Shown: piece after piece, positions 48,068-58,813 of the stretch
Position numbering within the stretch: the first letter of the stretch is position 1
How the letters are laid out: each line of letters opens with the position of its first letter
Origin: Terriglobia bacterium
GTDB lineage: Bacteria; Acidobacteriota; Terriglobia; Acidiferrales; UBA7541
Assembly (NCBI GenBank): GCA_963695545.1
Contig: OY968796.1
Coordinates: forward strand, 3,232,001-3,296,000
DNA length: 64,000 nt
Direction: 5' to 3'
Made by a program: the position numbers and the translations under genes
Notes under the pieces: model-generated
Told to the model about the DNA's origin: nothing
What the model saw: the letters and a program-made list of their open reading frames with translations, nothing else
Databases searched by the model: none

Positions 48068-50320
48068 TTAAGACTCGGTTGAAATCGGCGCCGCGCGCAC
48101 CTCCGCGACCGGGATTTGCAGGATAAAGCGCGCGCCCGCTGGAGAATTGTCCTCAACGCGCAAAGTTCCATTGTGCTCGGCGACGATGCGGCTTGAAATC
48201 GCGAGACCCAGGCCCGTCCCGCGATCCTTGGTGGAAAAGTGCGGCAGAAAAAGTTTGTCCTTGTCCTCCGGTGAAATTCCGTGGCCGCTGTCCGCGACGA
48301 TCAGCGTCACGGTTTCGCGATCGTCGTCGGCGTGCGTCTCGACGGTGAGTTCGCGCACCGCGCTTCCTTCCATCGACTCGGCGGCATTGTCGATCAAATT
48401 CACCAGAACGCGGCGCAATTGCTCGGCGTCGGCGCGGATCGCCGGCAAGCCAGGCTCGAATGTCGCGCGCACGCGAATTCCGTCCAGGCGCCCGCTGAAC
48501 ACTTCCAGCGCGCTCCTCACGATTGCGTTCGGATCGAGCGGTTCAAGCCGCGCGGTGGGGAAACGCGCGAAGTCGGAGAATTCTTTCACCAGCGATTCAA
48601 GCGTGGTCACTTCGCGCTGTATCAAGCCGGCGCATTCTCCGGCCAGGCGAACCAACTCAGGCGCTTGCGCTCCGGCGGCGGCCGCGCCCTGGCGATCGAG
48701 AAAACGAGTGAGGCGCTGCGCGGAAAGCTGAATGGGCGTGAGTGGATTCTTGATCTCGTGCGCGATGCGCTGCGCGACTTCCTGCCAGGCGGCGGCTTTC
48801 TGCGCACCGAGCAATTCGGTTAAATCGTCCACCACGACGATGTAACCCAAATTCGAGCGGCGCGGGCCCAGCGCGCTGACGGTGACCGCGGCGTGGAGCA
48901 AGCGCCCTGACGCGGCGATCTCGAGATCTTGCGATGCTGTCCCCATGCGCAGCGCGCGGCGCATCAGCGATTGCACGGAATGCGCCGCTTGTTCGCCCAT
49001 GAGAAGTTCCAGAGTGCCCGCCTTGCGCGATTCCGACCCGAACATTTTCTCGCCAGCCGGATTCACGCGACGCACGGCGCCATTCGGACTCAGGGATATC
49101 ACGCCGGTCGGAATGCTTTCGAGAATTGTTTCGAGCAGCGTGCGCCGCTGCTCGAGTTCCTGCACGGCCTGCTGCAAACTATGCGTGAATTGATCGAGTT
49201 GCCGGCGATTGTCGGCCAATTGCGCGGTCATTTGATTGAAAGACTGAACCAGCATTCCGAGTTCGTCGCGCGCCTGCACGTCGACGCGCGTATCGAAATT
49301 TCCGGCGCTGACGGCGCGCGTGGCCTCGGCGAGAGCTTGAATCGGGACGGTAAGCTGCTTGGAAAGAAACAGCGCAAACCACGTGGCGGTGAATAGAAGC
49401 AGCAGTGTGAAAAGCAGCAAGATCATCATCATCTGGAACTTGTACGTGCGCAGGCCCTGGCGTTGCCTTTCGTATCCCGAGATCTGCGCCTCGATTTGAT
49501 CCAGCCGAGCCTGATAATCGTCGGGTGTGATTCGCGCCACGATCAGCGCGCCGTCCGGAAGCGCCTGCCTCACGCTCATCATCACCACGTTGCCATCGCG
49601 CCAGAGCTCGGGACCATTCGGGATGGTTCTGACGTAGACGGGGTGCATCGAAATCAGCGCGCGGTTCATGGCGTCGCGAGCGATGGCGGGCGTAGTTTCG
49701 CCGGGCCGCTCCGCCCGAATCGCTTCGGTTACGTTGCCTTTGGAGTCGAGCAGCCAGGCCGCGTCCGTGCCGTAGTTCACGCCAAATAGAAGCGCCGGGG
49801 AGACGCTCTGTCCCTTTGGCGGATGCGCGCCCTTGCTGGATTCCTCGATGTTCGCAGCCGCGCGCGCGCTGCGCCCGATGCGTAGAATTTCATTGGCGCG
49901 AATTTCTTCTTGCGTCGAGATCATGGCCTGCGCGGCCATCTCGAGCGGGCGCGGAAACCAGGTGCTCAGCGTGCGGTTCAGCAATGCGTAACTCACGATG
50001 AACAAAAAAACCAGCGGCAATAGTGACAGCGACACCGCTGCCACGACCATGCGCGTTTTGAAACGCGATCCGACTTGTCGCGCGCGGCGCTCGGCCCCGA
50101 GTTTCAAAAGACTGCGCGTGAGCACGAGGCCGAAGACGATTAAGTTGACGACGAGGAACGCCGTGACCGCCCAGAGGATCAGGACCTCGGGGCCCATCTG
50201 AGCCTGTATGAACGTGGGGAGGCGCAAGGACCCGAGCGTGAAGATGGCCGCAAGAAGCAGCGCGAAAACCAATCCGCCGACCGCCAGCCATATCTTCGTC
50301 CTGCGGCGCGTCGCAGTCAC
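48068..50320 (-). CDS. NtrY-like HAMP-PAS sensor histidine kinase
   Basis: N-terminal TMs, HAMP, PAS, AWQEVAQRIAHEIKNPLTPI, GTGLGL; GTG start overlapping the upstream stop. Confidence 0.9.
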   Translation of the reverse strand: MTATRRRTKIWLAVGGLVFALLLAAIFTLGSLRLPTFIQAQMGPEVLILWAVTAFLVVNLIVFGLVLTRSLLKLGAERRARQVGSRFKTRMVVAAVSLSLLPLVFLFIVSYALLNRTLSTWFPRPLEMAAQAMISTQEEIRANEILRIGRSARAAANIEESSKGAHPPKGQSVSPALLFGVNYGTDAAWLLDSKGNVTEAIRAERPGETTPAIARDAMNRALISMHPVYVRTIPNGPELWRDGNVVMMSVRQALPDGALIVARITPDDYQARLDQIEAQISGYERQRQGLRTYKFQMMMILLLFTLLLLFTATWFALFLSKQLTVPIQALAEATRAVSAGNFDTRVDVQARDELGMLVQSFNQMTAQLADNRRQLDQFTHSLQQAVQELEQRRTLLETILESIPTGVISLSPNGAVRRVNPAGEKMFGSESRKAGTLELLMGEQAAHSVQSLMRRALRMGTASQDLEIAASGRLLHAAVTVSALGPRRSNLGYIVVVDDLTELLGAQKAAAWQEVAQRIAHEIKNPLTPIQLSAQRLTRFLDRQGAAAAGAQAPELVRLAGECAGLIQREVTTLESLVKEFSDFARFPTARLEPLDPNAIVRSALEVFSGRLDGIRVRATFEPGLPAIRADAEQLRRVLVNLIDNAAESMEGSAVRELTVETHADDDRETVTLIVADSGHGISPEDKDKLFLPHFSTKDRGTGLGLAISSRIVAEHNGTLRVEDNSPAGARFILQIPVAEVRAAPISTES

Positions 50321-51252
50321 AGCGCGATCTCCGCGCCGGGCACGAGATGGGTTTGAGCAGCAGAGTTCGGCGGTAGAGGACGTGCGGCCGGCGATCGGAG
50401 CGGGGAATCGGCCGGCAAGGAATCGTGCAGCGGGCACTCCGTACAGCGCGGTTCGCGCTTGCGGCACCAGTTCTTTCCGGTGTTGACGATCAGCGCGTGA
50501 AATTCATTGTAGACCCGGGCATCGCGAACAAGGCGTCCTTCGATCAGCTCGCGCACAGCTTCGTAGTCGTGTTTGCGCGGCGCAAGGGCGCTCGGGCCAC
50601 CAGCAATCGCGTGCCGCTCGAGGATTCGGTGCGTGTACGCGTCAACCACAAACACCGCGTGGCCGCCGGCATAAAGCAAGATCGAATCCGCCGTTTCCGG
50701 GCCGATCCCGTGCACTTGAAGTAGGCGCTCGCGCAACTCAGCCGTAGGCGTGCGGAACATCCGCGCCAGCGAGCCGCCGAATTCCTGACGCAGGAATGCC
50801 ACAAATGCCTTCAATTTTCGCGCCTTCTGCCGAAAATAACCGGAAGGACGAACCAGCCGCGCGAGCCGCGCGAAAGAAACGCGCTCGAGAGCCGCGAAGG
50901 TTAGCAGCCGCTCGCGGCGCAAATTCGCGATGGCGCGTTCGACGTTCGACCATGACGTGTTCTGCGTCAAGATGGCTCCCACGATTACCTCGAACGGCGT
51001 CCTTGCGGGCCACCAGTGCATCGGTCCCAGCGTCTCCGACAACTTCCGGAAATAGGCCGTCAAGTCGGGCGAGCCTGCTAGATCGGGTTTTTCCGGAGCG
51101 ACGCGCGCCGATGCGCCGGTGCGCCTGATGCGTGGTGCAAGCCGCGGGGTAGCGGCTCGGCGGGTGTGTTCCGGGCTCAAAGGTCGCCGTAAAGCAAGAT
51201 ATCCAGCGCCGGAAGGCAAGTCAAGCCAACGAACGAAGGGAGGGGTAACCAA
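50317..51252 (-). CDS. Endonuclease III-related HhH-GPD glycosylase
   Basis: WWPA..PFEV.VGAILTQNT.W, GIGPETADSI, VVDAYT; true start is probably downstream of 51252. Confidence 0.85.
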   Translation of the reverse strand: MVTPPFVRWLDLPSGAGYLALRRPLSPEHTRRAATPRLAPRIRRTGASARVAPEKPDLAGSPDLTAYFRKLSETLGPMHWWPARTPFEVIVGAILTQNTSWSNVERAIANLRRERLLTFAALERVSFARLARLVRPSGYFRQKARKLKAFVAFLRQEFGGSLARMFRTPTAELRERLLQVHGIGPETADSILLYAGGHAVFVVDAYTHRILERHAIAGGPSALAPRKHDYEAVRELIEGRLVRDARVYNEFHALIVNTGKNWCRKREPRCTECPLHDSLPADSPLRSPAARPLPPNSAAQTHLVPGAEIAL

Positions 51253-51372
51253 CGGGCTTCCACTACAGGTGTTGCGCCTTTCACTACGATGTGCGAATCC
51301 GGCACGCGTGGCGCGGTTCCACTTCTGCTAACGTGAAAACTTGAGGTGATGTGTGTTCGGAGGACTTAGCTA

Positions 51373-53091
51373 ATGTCGTCGCGGCTGGGCGAAATGCTGG
51401 TCAAGGAAGAGCTGATCACCAGCGATCAGCTCCGCGAAGCCATTGCTTATCAGAAACAGCATGGCGGCCGGCTGGGAACGGTGATGATCAAACTGGGTCT
51501 CGTGAACGACGACGAGATCACCGGCGTGCTTTCGCGTCAGTACGGCGTTCCCTCAATCAATCTGAAATATTACGAAGTGGATCCTTCGGTGATTCGCCTG
51601 ATTCCGCAGGATACCGCGGTGCGCTATCAGGTGGTGCCGCTTTCGCGCGTGGGTTCGACGCTGACGATCGCGATGACCGATCCCACCAACGTCTTCGCCA
51701 TGGACGATATCAAGTTCATGACCGGCTTCAACATCGAGCCGGTGGTGGCGCCAGAGTCGGCCGTCAACGAAGCGATCTCGAAATTCTACGGCGATGCGCA
51801 GAGCGTAGAAGAGCTGACCAAGGTGATGAAGGACCTGGCCGGCGAAGAGGCCGGCGACCTGGAACTCGCGGCCGAAGAGCAGGAGATGGACCTGGCCGCG
51901 CTCGAGAAGGCCGCGGAAGAAGCTCCCATCATCAAGCTCGTGAACCTGGTGCTCACCGACGCCGTCAAGCGCGGCGCGAGCGACATCCACGTGGAGCCGT
52001 ACGAGAAAGAATTGCGCGTGCGCTTCCGGGTAGACGGCGTGTTGCAGGAAGTGATGAACCCCCCGCTGAAGCTGCGCGATGCCATCGCCAGCCGCATCAA
52101 GATCATGTCCAAGCTGGACATCAGCGAAAAGCGGTTGCCGCAAGACGGCCGCATCATGATCAAGTACCGCAAGGACGGCCGCATCAAGGAATTGGATTTC
52201 CGCGTCTCGACAGTGCCGACGCTGCATGGCGAAAAGATCGTCATGCGTCTTTTGGACAAGGAAAACCTGCGCCTGGATATGACCAAGCTGGGCTTCGAGC
52301 AGGAATCGCTCGACAAATACGAACGCTCCATCCTGCGGCCCTACGGCATGGTGCTGGTGACCGGGCCCACCGGATCGGGAAAAACCAACACGCTCTATTC
52401 CTCGGTCGCACGACTGAACAAGATCGAAACGAACATCATGACCGCGGAAGACCCGGTCGAATTCCAGTTGCAGGGAATCAACCAGGTGCAGATGAAGGAG
52501 CAGATCGGATTGAACTTCGCCGCCGCGCTGCGGGCCTTTTTGCGGCAGGATCCCAATATCATTCTGGTCGGCGAAATCCGCGACTTCGAGACGGCTGAAA
52601 TCGCCGTGAAGGCCGCGCTCACTGGTCACTTGGTGCTTTCCACGCTGCACACCAACGACGCGCCTTCGACCATCAGCCGCTTAATGAACATGGGTGTTGA
52701 GCCGTTTCTGGTGGCGACCTCGGTGAACCTGATCTGCGCGCAGCGTTTGGTGCGCCGCATCTGCGAAGGATGCAAAGAGCCGCTCGATGTGCCGCCCCAA
52801 GCGCTGATCGACGCCGGCTACACGCCCGAGGAAGTGGGCAGCACGGTGATCTATCACGGACGGGGCTGCGCGAAGTGCAATAAGGGCGGATATAAGGGCC
52901 GCGTCGGTTTGTACGAAGTGATGGAGGTCACCGACGATCTGCGCGAGCTGATTCTGGTGGGCGCGTCCGCGGTGGAACTGAAAAAGAAGGCGCTCGAGCA
53001 GGGAATGATCAGCCTGCGCCGGAGCGGCCTGATGAAGGTGGCGCTGGGCCAAACGACTTTGGAAGAAGTGGTGCGCGAGACGGTGCTGTAA
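51373..53091 (+). CDS. pilB: Type IV pilus assembly ATPase
   Basis: N-terminal RLGEMLV (MshEN-like), GPTGSGKT, LRQDP, STLHTND, tetra-Cys motif. Confidence 0.96.
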   Translation: MSSRLGEMLVKEELITSDQLREAIAYQKQHGGRLGTVMIKLGLVNDDEITGVLSRQYGVPSINLKYYEVDPSVIRLIPQDTAVRYQVVPLSRVGSTLTIAMTDPTNVFAMDDIKFMTGFNIEPVVAPESAVNEAISKFYGDAQSVEELTKVMKDLAGEEAGDLELAAEEQEMDLAALEKAAEEAPIIKLVNLVLTDAVKRGASDIHVEPYEKELRVRFRVDGVLQEVMNPPLKLRDAIASRIKIMSKLDISEKRLPQDGRIMIKYRKDGRIKELDFRVSTVPTLHGEKIVMRLLDKENLRLDMTKLGFEQESLDKYERSILRPYGMVLVTGPTGSGKTNTLYSSVARLNKIETNIMTAEDPVEFQLQGINQVQMKEQIGLNFAAALRAFLRQDPNIILVGEIRDFETAEIAVKAALTGHLVLSTLHTNDAPSTISRLMNMGVEPFLVATSVNLICAQRLVRRICEGCKEPLDVPPQALIDAGYTPEEVGSTVIYHGRGCAKCNKGGYKGRVGLYEVMEVTDDLRELILVGASAVELKKKALEQGMISLRRSGLMKVALGQTTLEEVVRETVL

Positions 53092-53107
53092 ATAAAAGGA
53101 GAGCGCG

Positions 53108-54229
53108 ATGGCTGGAATCACTCTGAGCGAGCTTTTGAAGAAAATGATCGAAATGGGCGGGAGCGACTTGCACGTCACGACCAATAGTCCTCCGCGCGTG
53201 CGCGTCCACGGGAAACTGCGTCCGATGGATTTAGCGCCGCTGACGGCGGCGGACACCAAGGCGCTGGCGTATAGCGTTTTGACCGACGCGCAGAAGCATC
53301 GCTTTGAGGAAAACCTCGAGCTGGACTTCTCCTTCGGGCTTAAGAATCTGGCGCGGTTCCGCGGCAACATCTTCCATCAGCGCGGAGCAGTAGCCGCCGC
53401 GTTCCGAACGATTCCGTGGGAGATCAAGGGCTTTGACGCGCTGGGCTTGCCCTCCGTAGTGAAAGGGCTGTGCGACAAACCGCGCGGCCTGGTGCTGGTG
53501 ACGGGCCCGACCGGATCGGGCAAGTCCACCACACTCGCGGCGATGCTCGACAAGATCAACAACGAACGCGAAGAGCACATGATCACGATCGAAGACCCGA
53601 TCGAATTCCTGCACAACCACAAACGCTGCCTGGTGAATCAGCGCGAAATCCATTCGGATACGCACTCGTTCGCGAATTCCTTGCGCGCCGCTTTGCGCGA
53701 GGACCCCGACGTCGTGCTCATCGGCGAAATGCGCGACCTCGAGACCATCGAATCCGCGCTGCGCATCGCCGAGACCGGCCACTTGACCTTCGCGACGCTG
53801 CACACCAATTCCGCGATCTCAACCATCAACCGCATCATCGACGTGTTCCCGCCCTCACAGCAATCGCAAATCCGGGCGCAACTTTCGATGGTGCTCGAAG
53901 GCGTGCTTTGCCAATCGCTTTTGCCGCGCGTCGATGGCCGCGGCCGGGCCATGGTGATGGAAGTTCTGATCCCCAACGCGGCCGTACGCAACCTGATCCG
54001 CGAAGACAAAATTCACCAGATCTATTCGGCCATGCAGACCGGCACGGGCACCAGCGGAATGCAGACCTTCAACCAATCCCTGGCCAACGCTTATTTCCAG
54101 AAGTTGATTACTTTGGAAACCGCCATGGGACGTTCGTCCAACGCCGACGAGTTACAGGATATGATCAACCGTGGTGTTGTTGGCGTCGCGCCTGGCGCCC
54201 CCCGAACACCGGCCTCGGCGCGCAAATAG
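53108..54229 (+). CDS. pilT: Type IV pilus retraction ATPase
   Basis: GPTGSGKSTT, ALREDPD, AETGHL, AVRNLIRE. Confidence 0.96.
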   Translation: MAGITLSELLKKMIEMGGSDLHVTTNSPPRVRVHGKLRPMDLAPLTAADTKALAYSVLTDAQKHRFEENLELDFSFGLKNLARFRGNIFHQRGAVAAAFRTIPWEIKGFDALGLPSVVKGLCDKPRGLVLVTGPTGSGKSTTLAAMLDKINNEREEHMITIEDPIEFLHNHKRCLVNQREIHSDTHSFANSLRAALREDPDVVLIGEMRDLETIESALRIAETGHLTFATLHTNSAISTINRIIDVFPPSQQSQIRAQLSMVLEGVLCQSLLPRVDGRGRAMVMEVLIPNAAVRNLIREDKIHQIYSAMQTGTGTSGMQTFNQSLANAYFQKLITLETAMGRSSNADELQDMINRGVVGVAPGAPRTPASARK

Positions 54230-54358
54230 GGCCTGAAAATGGGCCTTTTCGGGCAGGCTTCCGGGAAGCTGCCGAAATCAGACTTGGCGATTTTTGATTG
54301 CGATTCACCCTGTGGCTGGCCCTGTGGTGGGCTGTCCGGGATCTGAAGGAGGGTTGGA

Positions 54359-55570
54359 ATGCCTGTCTATACCTACCGCGGAGTCACTCGCGCCGGCGCC
54401 ACCATCAGCGGCGAGCAGACGGCTGGCAGCAAGGCTGAATTGACCAGCCTGCTGCGCCGACAGCAGATTGAAGTCAAGAAAATGTCCGAAAAGGGGCGCG
54501 AGTTCAACCTGCCCACTTTCGGCGGCGGCGTCGACTCCAAAGAGCTCGCGGTGTTCACGCGTCAGTTCTCGGTGATGATCGATGCCGGGCTTCCGCTGGT
54601 GCAGTGTCTCGAGATACTGGCGAGCCAGCAAGAAAATAAAACTTTCCAAAAGGTGCTGATCGGTACGCGGTCGGCGGTGGAGGGCGGCGCGACGCTTTCC
54701 AGCGCCATGCGCCAGTATGAAAATGTTTTCGACGCGCTGTACGTCAACCTGGTCGAGGCCGGCGAGACCGGCGGTATTTTGGACACCATTCTCCAGCGTT
54801 TGTCGTCGTACATCGAAAAGAACGTCAAACTGAAACGCGCCGTGCGGTCCGCGCTCGTTTACCCGACGGCCGTGCTGAGCGTTGCGGCGGGCGTGATCAC
54901 TTTGCTGTTATGGAAGGTCGTGCCGATCTTCACCACGTTGTTCACCGGCCTGGGCGTGGATTTGCCTTTGCCGACGCGCATCGTCATTGGGCTCAGCGAT
55001 TTCGTTGGCAGCATTTTCGGATTCTTGATTTTGGTAGCGGTCATCGGCGCGGGCATTGGCCTGAAGGTTTGGTACGGCACACCGGGCGGTCGCATGACGA
55101 TCGACAAAACGCTTCTGAAATTACCGCTGATCGGCCTTCTGCTGCGCAAGATCGCCGTGGCGCGGTTTACGCGCACGCTGGGCACGCTGATTTCTTCCGG
55201 CGTTCCGATTCTTGAGGGTCTCGACATTACCGCGCGAACTGCCGGCAACGCCGTGATTGAGAAGGCGCTGCTGCACGTGCGCAAAGCGCTCGAAGCCGGA
55301 CGCAGCCTGGCCGAGCCGTTGAAAGAAACTATGGTGTTCCCTGGCATGGTGACGCAGATGATCGGCGTCGGCGAGCAAACGGGTGCGATGGATGCCATGC
55401 TCCAAAAGATCGCCGATTTCTACGAGGACGAAGTGGACGCCGCGGTGAAGGATTTGCTCGCCGCGATGGAGCCCGTGATGATCGTATTCCTGGGCGTGGT
55501 CGTCGGCGGAATCGTGATTTCGATGTACTTGCCGCTGTTCTCGCTGATTGGAAAACTGGCGGGCAAGTGA
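54359..55570 (+). CDS. pilC: Type IV pilus platform protein (GspF family)
   Basis: FTRQFSVMIDAGLP, AGE.GG.LD, GEQTG.MD.ML. Confidence 0.94.
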   Translation: MPVYTYRGVTRAGATISGEQTAGSKAELTSLLRRQQIEVKKMSEKGREFNLPTFGGGVDSKELAVFTRQFSVMIDAGLPLVQCLEILASQQENKTFQKVLIGTRSAVEGGATLSSAMRQYENVFDALYVNLVEAGETGGILDTILQRLSSYIEKNVKLKRAVRSALVYPTAVLSVAAGVITLLLWKVVPIFTTLFTGLGVDLPLPTRIVIGLSDFVGSIFGFLILVAVIGAGIGLKVWYGTPGGRMTIDKTLLKLPLIGLLLRKIAVARFTRTLGTLISSGVPILEGLDITARTAGNAVIEKALLHVRKALEAGRSLAEPLKETMVFPGMVTQMIGVGEQTGAMDAMLQKIADFYEDEVDAAVKDLLAAMEPVMIVFLGVVVGGIVISMYLPLFSLIGKLAGK

Positions 55571-55689
55571 ACTATTGGCCGCTCAAAACCGGGAGGGGCG
55601 GAGATGCGATATTGTCGCGCGCTCTCTGCTCTCCGGTCTCCCCTTTCTGAGGATTTCACGCAGGCAAAAGTTCTTGCCGTCATAGGTCC

Positions 55690-57309
55690 GTGCCGATGGA
55701 ACTGACACAAAATGTCAATCAATGGCTGGGCTGGCTGACGCGCGTCCGCTTCCTGATCATCCTGCTGGTGTCCGCGCTGGTTCTGGTGCTTCGAGATTAT
55801 TCGCTGCTTTCGATTTCCACCAGCGAATTTGTGCCGCTGATGGTGCTGTGGTGCGCGCTGGCAATTTTCTACTGGGTGCTGCTGCGCTGGATGCCGCAGA
55901 GCCGCTGGCACGCGCTGGTGGAAATGATCTGCGATCTGCTGATGATCACGGGCCTTGTGTATATCACGGGCGCGGAGGAAAGCTATTTCACCTCGCTTTA
56001 CCTGCTGACGATCATCGTCGCGAGCATTTTGTTTTCGCGCAAAGTCACGTTCACTATAGCGGGCTTTGGATTCATCCTGCTGGGCGGCATGGTGGAGCTG
56101 ATTTATTACGGCTTTCTGCCGCGCACGGCGGTGGCGGCGCCGAACGGCAAGGCGTTGCAGACCTGGCTGCTCAGCAATCTGATCGCGTTTATCGCCGTGG
56201 CTTATCTCTCCAGCTTGCTCACGGTCAGTTTGCGCAGGCAGGGCGCCGAACTCGAAGTGAAGCGCGGCGAACTGCAGGATTTGCAGGCCTTCAACAAGGA
56301 CATCATCCATTCGATGCGCGGCGGATTGCTCACCACGGACCTCGAAGGGCGCATCCTGCTGCTGAACCGAACCGGCGAAGACATCACGGCCGCCAGTTTC
56401 GATTCGGTGCGCGATCGAATGCTGCCCGAAGTGTTTCCCGAATTCTGGCTGCCGGGACGGATTGCCGCGAACGGCGAGATGTTGCAGCGAACCGAAGTGG
56501 ATTTTCGCACCGCCGACGGGCAGCAGCGCTTTCTGGGAATTTCGGTTTCGCCGCTGCGCACCGCCGAGCGCAAGACGACCGGCTACGTTTTCAATTTTCA
56601 GGACCTGACCGAGTTGCGGCGTCTGGAGCAGGAAGTGGCCACCAAAGAGCGCATGGCCGCTATCGGGCGCCTTTCCGCCGCCATCGCACACGAAATTCGG
56701 CAGCCGCTCACGGCCATGGCGGGCGCGGTGACGGAATTGGCGCGCCTGGTGCCGCTCGAAGAAGACGAGCAGCATCTGGTGGGCATTGTGAGCAGGGAAT
56801 CGGAGCGTCTGAACCGGATCATCACCGACTTCCTGAATTATTCGCGCGAAAAAAGTTACGAGTTCGGCGAAGTCGATCTCGCCGGACTGCTGGATGAAAC
56901 GTTGACGCTGCTCGAACGCCAGCCGGATCTCGACGGGAAATACCGGATCGAGCGAAGTTTTTCGGGCGTTCCGGTGCGCGCCAAGGTCGATTCGGCGCGG
57001 ATCAAGCAGGTCTTCTGGAATTTGTGCAACAACGCGCTGCGCGCCATGCCCGCCGGAGGAACGCTCACCGTCGGTCTCGAGCTTGTGCCGTTCTGGGTGC
57101 GGATACGCTTCCGCGACACCGGAATTGGCCTGGACCCGCAGCAGCGATCGAATATTTTTGAACCCTTGCAATCCGGGTTTCCGGGAGGCACGGGGTTGGG
57201 TTTGGCCATCGTGTATCAGATCGTGCAGGCGCATAGCGGACGGATCCTGGTGATGTCGGAAAAAAACCGCGGCGCCGAATTCACGGTGGAACTCCCGCGC
57301 GTGGCGTGA
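55690..57309 (+). CDS. pilS: PilS-like sensor kinase (6 TM, PAS, HisKA)
   Basis: 6 TM helices, [14 protein letters not shown]; lies between pilC and pilR. Confidence 0.85.
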   Translation: MPMELTQNVNQWLGWLTRVRFLIILLVSALVLVLRDYSLLSISTSEFVPLMVLWCALAIFYWVLLRWMPQSRWHALVEMICDLLMITGLVYITGAEESYFTSLYLLTIIVASILFSRKVTFTIAGFGFILLGGMVELIYYGFLPRTAVAAPNGKALQTWLLSNLIAFIAVAYLSSLLTVSLRRQGAELEVKRGELQDLQAFNKDIIHSMRGGLLTTDLEGRILLLNRTGEDITAASFDSVRDRMLPEVFPEFWLPGRIAANGEMLQRTEVDFRTADGQQRFLGISVSPLRTAERKTTGYVFNFQDLTELRRLEQEVATKERMAAIGRLSAAIAHEIRQPLTAMAGAVTELARLVPLEEDEQHLVGIVSRESERLNRIITDFLNYSREKSYEFGEVDLAGLLDETLTLLERQPDLDGKYRIERSFSGVPVRAKVDSARIKQVFWNLCNNALRAMPAGGTLTVGLELVPFWVRIRFRDTGIGLDPQQRSNIFEPLQSGFPGGTGLGLAIVYQIVQAHSGRILVMSEKNRGAEFTVELPRVA

Positions 57310-57345
57310 AGCGCGGGCGTAGCGCAGAGAAAGGCCGGTCGTAAT

Positions 57346-58734
57346 ATGGCTCATATCCTGGTGGTTGACGACGAGCGTTCGATTTGCGAGCTGCTCGAAA
57401 TTACGTTTCGCAAGGAAGGCCACCGCGTGGAGGTCGCGCTCTCCGTCGAAGCGGCGCATCGCAAGCTCGAATCTCAAATCTTCGACATCGTGATATCGGA
57501 CATCTTGCTGCGCGAGGCGAATGGCGTGGACCTGCTGAAATTCATCAAAGAGCGCGCACCTTCCACGTTCGTGCTGCTGATCACCGGCGTGCCGACGGTC
57601 GAAACGGCCATCGCCGCGATCAATGGCGGCGCCGACCGGTATGTCGTGAAGGATCACGAGCTCGTGGACCAGCTGCGCCGCGCCGTCGGTCAGGTGGACG
57701 AGACGCTGCGCTTAAAGAGCGAGGCGGGAATTCTTCGCCGCGAAATCCGGCGGCTCACGGGGCAACAAAACATCGTCGGCCACAGTCCGAAAATGCGCGC
57801 CGTATTCGACATGATCCAGACGGTGGCGCCGCAATCCAGCCGCATCCTGATCACCGGGGAATCCGGCACCGGAAAAGAGCTGGTGGCTCGCGCGATTCAC
57901 GAAAATAGCGCGCGCTCTCAGGCGGCTTTCGTGACCATTAATTGCGGCGCGTTCCCGGATTCGCTGCTCGAATCGGAGTTGTTCGGGCATATGCGCGGTT
58001 CGTTCACCGGAGCCAATGAGAATCGCAAGGGTTTGTTTCAGTCCGCGCACGGCGGCACGCTGTTTCTTGACGAGATCGGCAACATGAGTCTGAGCATGCA
58101 GGTGAAGCTGTATCGCGTGCTGCAGGAAGGAAAAGTGCGGCCCGTTGGCAGTAATGAAGAAATAGACGTGGACGTGCGCGTGATCACCGCGACGAATAAA
58201 GACGTCGAAAAGGCCATCGCCGCCGGAGAATTCCGCGAGGACCTCTTCTATCGTTTGAACGTGATACCCATTCATTTGCCGGCGCTGCGCGAACGGCGCG
58301 ACGACATCCCGCTGCTGGCGCGCGCGTTCCTGGAACGCTTTCGCACGGCCATGAATAAACCCATCGAAGGCATCGAGCCGGCGGCGATGCAGAAACTCGA
58401 AGCCTACGACTGGCCGGGCAACGTGCGCGAGCTCGAAAATACGATCGAGCGCGCCGTGGCGCTCGAAACCGAGTCGCTGATTTCGCTGGCCGTGCTTCCG
58501 GAAAAAATTCTGCACCAGGGAGACGGATCGCAGCCATCTCCGCGCGGAGAAAACGGTCATCCGGCCATTCCCGAGAGTGGAGTCGATCTCGAGAAATTGA
58601 TTCAGGATACTGAGCGGGAATACATCCTGGCGGCGCTGGAAGCGTCAGGCGGCGTCGGCACGCGAGCGGCCGAGCGTTTGGGCATGACCTACCGCTCCTT
58701 CCGGCACTATTCCAAGAAATATAACGTCAGCTGA
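57346..58734 (+). CDS. pilR: PilR-like sigma54-dependent response regulator
   Basis: Receiver, GESGTGKE, GSFTGA, C-terminal TRAAERLGMTYRSFRH HTH; synteny. Confidence 0.87.
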   Translation: MAHILVVDDERSICELLEITFRKEGHRVEVALSVEAAHRKLESQIFDIVISDILLREANGVDLLKFIKERAPSTFVLLITGVPTVETAIAAINGGADRYVVKDHELVDQLRRAVGQVDETLRLKSEAGILRREIRRLTGQQNIVGHSPKMRAVFDMIQTVAPQSSRILITGESGTGKELVARAIHENSARSQAAFVTINCGAFPDSLLESELFGHMRGSFTGANENRKGLFQSAHGGTLFLDEIGNMSLSMQVKLYRVLQEGKVRPVGSNEEIDVDVRVITATNKDVEKAIAAGEFREDLFYRLNVIPIHLPALRERRDDIPLLARAFLERFRTAMNKPIEGIEPAAMQKLEAYDWPGNVRELENTIERAVALETESLISLAVLPEKILHQGDGSQPSPRGENGHPAIPESGVDLEKLIQDTEREYILAALEASGGVGTRAAERLGMTYRSFRHYSKKYNVS

Positions 58735-58813
58735 CGGAATCCCCCTCCCATGGCTTGCTGCAGGCTTTGAGGACGGGCGTCGCGGCGTCCATCGGAGGCG
58801 GGCGACGGCTACG

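Noticed and set aside
47390..58015. GSFTGA instead of GAFTGA in both sigma54 activators
   Set aside because: A common natural variant; not evidence of sigma54 independence
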